Shown: in pieces, positions 40,105-49,743 of the stretch
Position numbering within the stretch: position 1 is the stretch's first letter
Layout of the letters: the number at the start of each line of letters is the position of its first letter
Assembly (NCBI GenBank): GCA_001938485.1
Contig: MQRK01181576.1
Location: 20,106-69,848 of the forward strand
Length of the DNA stretch: 49,743 nucleotides
Direction of reading: 5' to 3'
From: Girardia tigrina
Lineage: Eukaryota
Made by a program: the position numbers and the translations under genes
The notes under the pieces: model-generated
Told to the model about the DNA's origin: nothing
The model's database searches: none
What the model saw: the letters and a program-made list of their open reading frames with translations, nothing else

Positions 40105-40464
40105 TACAAGCTTTTATAATTTGTCATATGTTTGCGGTTCTGTATCTATTTCACACACTTCCCACATTTTTTTAACTGAATTATCAAAGCCTACTAGGTG
40201 AAAACCCGCTTTCTATTTGCATTTAAATGTAGCACATTTCAAAGCCTACTACTGAGGAAAACATGAGAACGACACTTTAATTACTTTTTTGCGGCCAAAC
40301 TAAAGGCGGCAGATGAGCAGTGACAGTGAAAAAGTGTATTGTCACCTAGAATACATCAGTCCTGAAAGTTTAATGTCTAGGTAAACGGGAAGTGGGTGAA
40401 TTTTCGATCGCAAGATTTGATGCATCCAGACAGACAAACAAATGAAACGTAATAAAAGCTTGTA
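40105..40464. mobile_element. MITE-like element with 13-bp TIRs
   Basis: TACAAGCTTTTAT (40105-40117) and ATAAAAGCTTGTA (40452-40464); subterminal GACA repeats; related to 35571-35980. Confidence 0.65.
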
Positions 40465-42791
40465 AAAAATCAATTTAAAGTGAACGAAAGTGACAATTTT
40501 AAAATCAAAAATAAAATGTTAATGTAATTACATTTATCGTATTTTTATATTATTATTATATTATGAATACAAAATATAAGTAGATTACGATCTTAAAATT
40601 ATGTTTAAAATGCGAATAATAATAAAATTTATATTGAAATATAATTAACTCTTAATATTCATTTAAATACATAACGAGTTAGTTGATTTTTAGTTCGCTG
40701 ATCAAAATTTAAATAGTTTCAAAAAATTAATTAGAATGATAATTAAATATTTTAAATTTGAATTTGAAAGTATTCTTTATAAATTCATTTGATTTAAAAT
40801 ATTATTTTAGTAGAAAAATGAGTCGATCAAAACAAATAACAGATAAAACAGTATTTTTAAAAATAATAATCAAATATTTAAAATATAAAAAAATTGAATA
40901 TTAAATATTTTTTCAATATATATTTTCAAAAATTTAAAAAATACTAAAAATAAATTATAAAATGTTTTTTTAAAAAAAACAAAATTAAAAAAAACAGCAT
41001 ATAATATTTCATTTGAAAAGCAAAATTTGAAAAACATTATAAAAGGCTTAAAAAAATTTAAAAATTAAATATTATTTTGATTTGATTGCAATTTTAAATA
41101 AATGAAAAATTATTGAAAAATAAACATCGGTGAATTGATTACAAATTTAGAAAATATTTGGAAAAATTTGTTTGAAAATTGTTTATAATAAATATAGAAA
41201 TTGAGTAAAAAATGATTTCTGAAATTTATGGGACAAAAATCTCTCACAAAATATATTTATTTTTCTAACTTGAAATAAAATTTGAATGTCTCTTTTAACT
41301 TTAAATCGGTTTGGAAAATTTAATCATAATATAAAATTAGTATTTTTCATCATAAATTGATCTAAAAATATAAAATCTATGAGGATTGAAAAAATATGCA
41401 AAAAAATATTTTTTAAAATTTAAAAAAATTTATTTAAATTTTTTAAAAAATATTTTTCCTGGTATGCTGATATTATTTTACGTATTGTCATATTTTTATT
41501 TTTGCTTAGGCCCGTACGAAACTATACCCATAACAGGGTGATAGTTTCAATAGATTCTATAATCAATATAGATTCTATATTGATCACGCAATCAATGACT
41601 TCTCTCGCTTATTTTATGCATATTTTTTTAATTTGTTTAGTCTCATTTTACAACTATTTATATTTATTCTTATTTTCCATAGAAAATTTAACTGAAAATA
41701 ATTTTAAAAATATAAAATATGTAAGTAAATATAAAATGGAAGTCAATGATTATGTAATCAATACATATATTTTCCTGATGCTTTTGTGAGTTAAAAATAT
41801 TTTAATAATTTTTTTTCTAATTTTAAAAATATTTTACATATTGTCATTTTTCTATTTTTGCTTGAGTCAGTACAGAACTACACCCCATAAACCGGTGAAT
41901 ATCAATCAAAATAAAAGACAGAATCAACATTCGATATCAATAAATTCCCCAGGGCGACTGGAGCCAACATAGAACTGTCAGACACAAAATACTTAGATTA
42001 TCTACCGTATTCGATGTAGTTGGACGAACAATTCGCCGATCACCATAAGACACAGGACGAGCACTCTTCTATCGGCCACCGGAAAATGATCGATCATCGC
42101 TAATTCTTGAGTCACTAATTCCATTCCCAATACGAATATATTGTATTTCAAATAAAGATCAATTTATTAGTTCATTTAAACAACGAACAAATAAATAAAT
42201 TGAGATTGAAATAGAGATTGGTTTGTGACGACTATTCTATCACATGAGACTTTTATATTGAACTGATGATGAATAAATTTATTTTAACATTCCGATAAAA
42301 ATAGTATGTATTTGTTTTAATAAAAATAACAATTTAAAGTTTCCATGCTCTCGATAACGAATAATGGAAAATTTAAAAGAAGAAATAAAATGTAGACATG
42401 CTAATTTTATTAGATTATGAAATAAAAAATTTTGCATTGAGTTTAAAAATTATATTTCATAGATTTTTGTTTTTATTTTCCCATTTTGATGTTAATCAAT
42501 GGATTATAGTGTCTTATTAGCAATGATTCGAAGTATAACTTTTCATGGTATGATTAACATCCGAAATGCGAAAAGTAAATCAAAATTCTATAAAGATTAA
42601 TATTAACAACATGATAACGAGAAAATTTTGAATTACTATTATCAAAGTGATTACAAATACTAAATTATTATAATTCACATTAAATGTGAATCGAAATTTT
42701 TCTGAAGAATGGAAAATTCTTCTTTCGAAATTGAAAAAAAAATATAAATTAAAAAATAACTCATTGAAAATTTATTTTGTTTATCAAATAA

Positions 42792-44063
42792 TATATTTTA
42801 AATGTTAAAATATATTGTTATCCGTAGAAAAATCAGGATTACTCAATTCTGATTGAGCTGATCGTTAGTGAAAATCGGCTGCTCTAGTTCTTGCAAGTCA
42901 TATTTTTTCAATCTTTCCAACTTAATACTAATGTATGGGTTTCGTATTATAATTTTTAATTATGATTTTTTTTTAATTATGAATTTCGGCCAGTTTTCGC
43001 AAAAATCTTTGGTTAACAAAAATCTGGTTAAAAAACAGTAGTTCTAACGAAAATATTTATTCCGGTTTATCAAATTTTCAATTCTCAATTGATTTCATGT
43101 CACTGAAAGTTTGTTGTTTGTATGCTGTTTAGATTTGTGACTTTCCTAATCAGATGGGATTGATATGTTTATTGATTGATTGTTTTTATCTAATGATATT
43201 AATTTTAAGTACTAATTAATTAAAGTTTTATAATTATGAATTTTAATAATATTTTTAGTAAACGACTTNNNNNNNNNNNNNNNNNNNNNNNNNNNNNNNN
43301 NNNNNNNNNNNNNNNNNNTATATTTTAAATGTTAAAATATATTGTTATCCGTAGAAAAATCAGGATTACTCAATTCTGATTGAGCTGATCGTTAGTGAAA
43401 ATCGGCTGCTCTAGTTCTTGCAAGTCATATTTTTTCACTCTGTTTTTTCAATCTTTCCAACTTAATACTAATGTATGGGTTTCGTATTATGATTTTTAAT
43501 TATGATTTATTTTTAATTATGAATTTCGGCCAGTTTTCTCAAAAATCTTTGGTTAACAAAAATCTGGTTAAAAAACAGTAGTTCTAACGAAAATATTTAT
43601 TCCGGTTTATCAAATTTTCAATTCTCAATTGATTTCATGCCCGCTTAATTTCAAAATCGACCGAGTTTTCGACCTACATTTTCTGATAATCGTAATTCAA
43701 TCAACTTTGGTTACGGCGGGCGTAACTATGGTATGGAAAATCTTCTTAAAAAAATCAGCAGATTGGAAGAAAAATTAAACTTAATTTGTAAAATTAATAA
43801 TTTTAAGTAATAATAATGTGAAAATTGATAAAAAAACATAAATAATTTAATGGAAAAACAAATTAAATTTTATCATTGTGAAGGATAATTTGGAATGTTG
43901 TAAGTTTGTTGTTTGTATGCCGTTTAGATTTGTGACTCTCCTACTCAGATGGGATTGATATGTTTATTGATTGATTGTTTTTATCTAATGATATTAATTT
44001 TAAGTACTAATTAATTAAAGTTTTATAATTATGAATTTTAATAATATTTTTAGTAAACGACTT
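42792..44063. repeat. Diverged duplicate segments on either side of an N-gap (43269-43318)
   Basis: 42792-43268 corresponds to 43319-44063. The first copy lacks 43640-43901 and differs by SNPs and small indels. Confidence 0.85.
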
Positions 44064-44650
44064 TAACTTATTAAATTTCATATATTTTAAAAGTTAATGT
44101 TCATTTAAAATATTACGTAATGCCTTTTTATGCAATAAAATTTCAGAAATTAATAATTAATAATAAAAAGTTTCCCATTCATTGTTTTTTTAGATTTGAA
44201 TATATAAACAAAAACTATATCAATCAAAGAAAGATGCTCCCTGAAAATTGTTGTGAAGAATCTGTTTGTGTTGTCAATAAATGTTTACATTCAAATTGTG
44301 ATGTTGTTAATATGGCGACCACGGCTCATGTGACAACGAACATTATGAGATGTGAAAAATTCAATGGATCAGAATCGGATTTGGAAGATTTCATTGATAA
44401 TTTCGAACGCTATTCCGACATTATGGGTATAGCAGAAGAGAGAAAAATAGTGCTGGTGACTATGTTTATGACACCGTCGGCAATAAAAAAATATTCAGAG
44501 ATGGATGGTAAAAATTACAAAGAAAAATTGAAGGCTACATTTACTTAAGAAAAATCCATTCTGGATACAATGATCCCTCCTTTTTACGGTGGGGATCCTC
44601 CAACCCAGAAGAAACATACAAAAAAGCAGAGGAACTTGTGAATATACTTA
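43877..44650 (+). mobile_element. LTR family C copy 1 (43877-44312) with PBS and decayed gag start
   Basis: Similar to 48457-48890; followed by TGGCGACCACG and MATTAHVTTNIMRCEKFNGSESDLEDFIDNFERYS... Confidence 0.8.
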
Positions 44651-45549
44651 TTGCGTTCGTGATCAAAATTCGAAGTTATAATTTGCAAACTTTATTTCTA
44701 CTACAATTTTCATTATTGAAAAAAAATTACGAGGAACAATATTTCAATTACATTGTGGTGTTCAAAAAAACACGAAACCATCTTACAAAAATCAATTTAA
44801 ATAAAAAATTCAACAAATTAAATGAATAAACAAAAATAATGTTTTTGTTTAACTGAAGCAAATTAGCGAACAGAATAAATTACGGAATCAACCATGACAC
44901 AAACCAGAATTACAGTCAGTGACATCAACAAACTTTCAATCATCAACTCAAATATACCCAGACGATATGCGAGGATCCATCTCAATGATTATGCCGATAG
45001 ACGTCTCTATTATACCGATTTGGGTCGTGTTTTCGTGTTATGTGTCAATATATTTTATGTTCAATCTATTTTTTTTTCTTCCCGTTCCAACGACGGAAGT
45101 TGGTGGTGCAAATTGCACTCACCAAATTTTTGTCAGAAGTGGGATCGTCCCACCACAATCGCAGACCGATCTCAAATGATTCGTCGCCATGGGGAGCTGT
45201 TAGCAAAGCTGAGCAAGGCAGACACGTAAACTTTTGTCTACCTACTTTCTTATCCACGTGTTTCTGTCATTTAATCGGTGGATGCGTCTTATCTCATACC
45301 ACTTTCCACTCTTCTCGTGTTATCTTTCNTTTCATTATTATTATGATTTTATATCTATATTTTGCTGCGCCACATAATGGTCTTATTAAAACTTTTACAA
45401 TTATTTTTCGTAAATGTGTATTAAATTTCACAAAAAGACATTACAACATCTCAGTTGACACTTCACCACTACACAAAGACCACGCAGCTTTCGGAGAACA
45501 CAACACGAATACAACCAACATACGTTATCCCGATCGGGAACAAGAGTTT

Positions 45550-45757
45550 CGGAACATACGCATCACCGTCACGGGCGACACTTACCTTTACGAGACAGTC
45601 AACATTAATGAAACAATTTCACTAACACTGGATCACATCGCCCGCACAACAGGCTACTGTATTAAGGGTTTAAGCCACTCAGACCCCAGGTAACGTGGTC
45701 AGATTATAACATTGTGAACGACACAACACTACGAAGTCACGTCCCACTGGTAGGGGT
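45550..45757 (+). pseudogene. Ubiquitin-like domain upstream of gag, broken by a small deletion
   Basis: RNIRITVTGDTYLYETVNINETISLTLDHIARTTGY / LY*GFKPLRPQVTWSDYNIVNDTTLRSHVPLVG(G) versus ubiquitin [21 protein letters not shown]...IQDKEGI / [34 protein letters not shown]. Confidence 0.72.
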
Positions 45758-45955
45758 CAAACCTCCGAAAGGGTGCCGCAACGACACTCCTCCCATGCTT
45801 GTATACACGCCAAGGCGAACGCGAACGCAACTGAAACTACAGAACATATTCGGTCATATTCATCGTCTGACACAAACGGATCGCAACCAATACCGATTGA
45901 CAAACAAGAAACAAGCATGACGCCGATTTCTAACCTCTCGTCATAGCTTCCGCCG

Positions 45956-46885
45956 GTGATGTCCACGACTAAAAGGTTCATTCTATACTTCGAGGACGAA
46001 ATGGGATCACCACAACTCTGGTTAGACGTCATGGATTCCAGACTAAGATCCATGCACATTAATGAGCAACTGAACCTCTTCCACGAGTTGTTGGCATCCC
46101 TTTCATCAGAGCAATTAAAAACCATCCAGAAACACTTGCCACAATTACTGGAACACGACACACCATACAAGGAGTTACAGCGGAGATTAATTCAACGAAA
46201 TACTCCATCCTTCGAAGACTGCTTTGACGAATGCATCCTACCCATGCCCATCGGCGACTTGAAACCCACTGAGTTTCTCATAACTGTTACCAGGAAACTC
46301 AACAATGTGAATCCACTGCTCACCACAGGTGACAGAGGAAACGACACGCTCAAGCAATTTCTGATGCGCTCACTACCTGCCACGCACCGAGCTGTTCTTT
46401 CAACGTCCCCACACCTCCCGGTACAAGACCTTGCCGAGATTGCCGATCGCATTACCGAAGCAATTGACCACAACTCCTGCCCCCCATATGCACTGATACA
46501 GTCCATTCAAACACCAGCACAAGATAATCCCGAAGCAATCGTACACCAACCCCAACCTATCGACGACATTGCTACACTCACCGCGTGGATAGCTTTCCTT
46601 GAGTCTAGACCCAACAGCTCCAAGGGTGCTGAACGACGACAACCACGGCCTCCACCAACCGGTACAAGAACTCATGACACACAATGTTATTTCCACCGCA
46701 GATTTGGAACGCTAGCTAAAAAATGCCAAACGAGATGTACATCTTCTTGTGTTCGCGATCAACTAACGATCACGGACATATGCATTTGGCACTCACAATT
46801 CGGCACGGCAGCGACCCGTTGTGCACCTGGTTGCCATCTGAACAAAGAAAAACCTGAGACCGCCACTCACTCGTGCAGCCGATGA
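45956..46885 (+). CDS. Gypsy (CsRn1/Kabuki-like) Gag with two C-x2-H-x9-C-x3-C fingers
   Basis: 309-aa ORF: [62 protein letters not shown] and [18 protein letters not shown]. Confidence 0.88.
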   Translation: MMSTTKRFILYFEDEMGSPQLWLDVMDSRLRSMHINEQLNLFHELLASLSSEQLKTIQKHLPQLLEHDTPYKELQRRLIQRNTPSFEDCFDECILPMPIGDLKPTEFLITVTRKLNNVNPLLTTGDRGNDTLKQFLMRSLPATHRAVLSTSPHLPVQDLAEIADRITEAIDHNSCPPYALIQSIQTPAQDNPEAIVHQPQPIDDIATLTAWIAFLESRPNSSKGAERRQPRPPPTGTRTHDTQCYFHRRFGTLAKKCQTRCTSSCVRDQLTITDICIWHSQFGTAATRCAPGCHLNKEKPETATHSCSR

Positions 46886-46889
46886 GACT

Positions 46890-47655
46890 CAACATGGCAA
46901 TTGCTGCAGCGTCTTCACATCAGAGGCACAAATCCACAACAATCAACGCACCTCAGCATCTGTTTTTATTAGACACTGGTTCGGCTGTTTAAATTTGGCC
47001 GCACAAATTCGTACCGCACCTCACAGAGAACGCCAGGAAGCTCACAGCAGCCAATGGTACAGCAGTTCGTACTTACGGCACCATCACTTTAACCTTCTCA
47101 CTAACGCAGGTGCAGTGATCTTTCCAGTGGAAATTCCCAGTAGCAGATGTAATCCAGCCTATTCTGGGGGCCGACTTCCTGGAACATTTCAACATCTTAG
47201 CAGATTGCAGGATGCACCAACTCATTCTCAATCAGGCCACACCAACGGACCAAGTAAACACAGCGCCGGCGGACGCCATCACCACACCCCACCACACCAA
47301 CAACCAGGGATAGTTCCCAAAACACAGTCTCATGCGTTCTCGATCCATGAACAACACATGTTGCAACACATTCGTGACAAGTTCCCGACGCTGCTTCAAG
47401 CACCAAGTAACAACAGCACAACTTGCGTGTCGACCCACGTCATAGCAACGACCGACTGCCCACCAGTCCATCAGCGAAGACGGGAATTGTCACAAACGAT
47501 TCGTCCCCTAACAACTGAAGAGTTCAAACAGATTGAAGAGGCCGGAATAATCCGACGCTCCTCTTTCCCATGGGCAGCACCCCTGCAAATCGTCAAGCAG
47601 AAGGATGGAACCTTGCGAATATGTGGTGACTACAGAGGACTCAACAAGGTGACCA
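46890..47655 (+). pseudogene. Gypsy pol remnant: aspartic protease and RT N-terminus, truncated
   Basis: [12 protein letters not shown] (DTG at 46972-46980), [11 protein letters not shown], then [11 protein letters not shown]...[37 protein letters not shown], where homology stops. Confidence 0.9.
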
Positions 47656-48456
47656 TTCAACACCAAGTCGCCATCGTCTGGAAATCCGAAACATGTTTTC
47701 GAAAGAAATCTTCATGATCAAATCGATGTGGAGCATCCTTATGATAAAAAAACCGCAATTGGTTTCAAGTGACGGTTCTCGTTGTAATAGTAACAAACGT
47801 AGGGGCTCGTATAACAACAGTGATAACGATGCGAATAATAAAAAATGGGGCTCCAATAATGTTAGCCCGCAAAGGAATGATGGTAACCTGAAATGGGGCT
47901 CACCTGACGCTAGCCTTCAGAGGATTGATAATAAATGGGCGTCCGTGTTCATCTCGACAGTGTCGCGGATTGCGAGTCGGAGCTTCCCCCCCCGGTGAGA
48001 TTATGAATTTAAGCCCCCCGCGTCTTGCAGATCATCCCCAAATACAAACACACAGCAGCCACCACGCTGCGCCCGCTCTCGCACCACCAATCTGGCTTAA
48101 TTTCCCTCGTGGAAAATACATAAAATTAAATTATCATTAGTTTATTTTTATTAATAATAAATTTGGATATAAATATCCGCCCATGATTCTTAAAAAAATT
48201 TTCACGATTGAAGTCATTCAGAAAGTTATCATGAAATGTGTTTGCGTAAATTAGTTAAAAGAATTAAGTTATACTCATCTTGTTATAGAATTCTACAATT
48301 GTACCTAATTTTGTTATCAAACAAAATTTTAAAGAGTTTGATTTGGTTTAAGCAAAATAAAATTTAATTCAAAAAGTTTAAATCTAAAAAAGTTTCGTAA
48401 AAGTATTCTTGGAAAAACCTTTTGATTTCTGAGTCAGAGAATTCATGAATTAAAAC

Positions 48457-48890
48457 TGTGAGAAAAAATTTTGAATGTTGTGAGTTTGTTGTTTGTATGC
48501 TGTTTAGATTAGTGACTCTCCACCCAGAATGGATTGATATCTTATTGATTAATTATGAGATTAATGTTAAAATACTAATTAATTAAAAGTTTTATAATTA
48601 TAAATTTGAATAATATTTTTGAGTAAAATATTTAACTTATTACATTGAATATAATTTAAAAACTAATGTTTATTTTTAAACTTACCTAATGCATTTTTAT
48701 CCAATAAAATTTTGAGAAATTAAGTTATTATTATTTATATTTCATTCATTAATCAAGATTTTAATATAGACACAAAAAGCATATTAATCAAGAACGATAC
48801 TTTCTATACTTTCTGCAGATTGTTCTACTAAAAATGAGTCTATGTGTGTTGTTAATAAATGTTTTCACTCAAATTGTGATGTTGCTAATT
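48457..48890 (+). mobile_element. LTR family C copy 2, probable solo LTR
   Basis: Collinear with 43877-44312 but visibly diverged; flanked by AAAAC/AAAAT; no PBS follows. Confidence 0.7.
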
Positions 48891-49003
48891 AAAATGATAA
48901 ATAAATAATAGAATATAAAAAATGATAAATAAGAAATTATAGAATAATAAAAAATAAAATATGAAAATAAAATATATCACGCTAATAATCTTATTTCCAG
49001 CAG

Positions 49004-49160
49004 AAGTGGTATTCTCCATGGGGACGTGATCGAGTCAGTGAACGGTGTACCCATGTACAGCAGCGCGGACTTTGTGCACACTGTTTCCAAATCCGACATT
49101 ATAGACATCAAGTTCATACGTAAAGGACGACGGATGTTTTTGAAATACTTTTTAACATAA
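49004..49160 (+). CDS. Terminal coding exon of an HtrA-family serine protease (C-terminal half of PDZ domain)
   Basis: Branch-like GCTAAT, acceptor TTTCCAGCAG, then SGILHGDVIESVNGVPMYSSADFVHTVSKSDIIDIKFIRKGRRMFLKYFLT*, compared with HTRA2 [46 protein letters not shown] at 49172-49177. Not in the supplied ORF track. Confidence 0.75.
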
Positions 49161-49743
49161 TTGTAACTACAAATAAATGCGAACTATTTTATTCGTATTT
49201 TTTATTTTATTTTTTTGAAATAAATAAGAAAATTGAAAATATCTTCAATTTAATCTGAAATGAATGAAATAATAATAAAATATTATGATAATATATTTTT
49301 GATTTTGTTGATTTATTACTTTTTCAAGTCAGTGACTTTCATATGAGTTCATTTAATCAAATTAATTTATTAATTAATTAAGTTTCTATAGTTAAAATCG
49401 TGAGAAATATTTTAAATTGTTTGAATGCATAAATGCTGTATGTTGATTTAAGTATGTTGAATTTAGAATGGGTTTAAAATATTTTGGTATTTTTTTATTT
49501 AAATTTAAAGTGATTGACTATTCGAACATAATTAAAATAATCATTTTATAAGTTCATATTTTTTTCATTTAACAACTAAAATTAAGTTTAATATTTTTAG
49601 TAAAATTTAAATTAAATGTATTATTAACAACATCAATATGAGTTTTACAACATTTATTAATATTACAAGCGCATTCACTATTTGACATTTCTCTTGATCA
49701 ATATTTTTCTGAATTCAAACTAATTATATTCAATAAATGAAAA

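Noticed and set aside
41400-41458. A/T-only inverted repeat
   Set aside because: Expected by chance in homopolymer-rich DNA.
46192-47471. Minus-strand ORFs over gag/pol, and similar ones over the MULE and Sola
   Set aside because: Antisense shadows of GC-richer coding sequence, with no independent motifs.
43877-48890. LTR-C copies as the paired LTRs of the UBL-Gag element
   Set aside because: The copies are visibly diverged with no shared TSD. Copy 1 leads into a different gag (MATT type) and copy 2 has its own TSD-like flanks.
1-49743. Stop-codon reassignment as the explanation for many in-frame stops
   Set aside because: All three stop types occur together with frameshifts, and TAA terminates the HtrA exon just before a polyA signal; ordinary decay is sufficient.

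Overview
Very AT-rich eukaryotic DNA, almost certainly an invertebrate animal. The basis is a (TTAGGG)n tract, GT-AG splice signals, and homologues of SMCR8, ODR4, 14-3-3 and HtrA; the species cannot be determined from the sequence. Most of the window is a graveyard of nested, decayed transposons: an R2/NeSL-type non-LTR RT, Penelope-like fragments (one with a degenerate hammerhead ribozyme), three LTR families, several Gypsy gag/pol remnants, a BEL/Pao remnant, a structurally complete but frameshifted MULE, a Sola DNA transposon and MITE-like elements. Host-derived sequence comprises three damaged minus-strand gene copies (14-3-3, ODR4, SMCR8) and one apparently intact terminal PDZ exon of an HtrA-family protease at about 49.0 kb. 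The most unusual signal is a CsRn1-like Gypsy element at 45.5-47.7 kb. Its Gag is preceded by a ubiquitin-like domain, and restoring one G gives an L-V-G-G end that reads into Gag past a single stop, i.e. a putative ubiquitin-Gag polyprotein. All family assignments are by eye from motifs; no searches were run.
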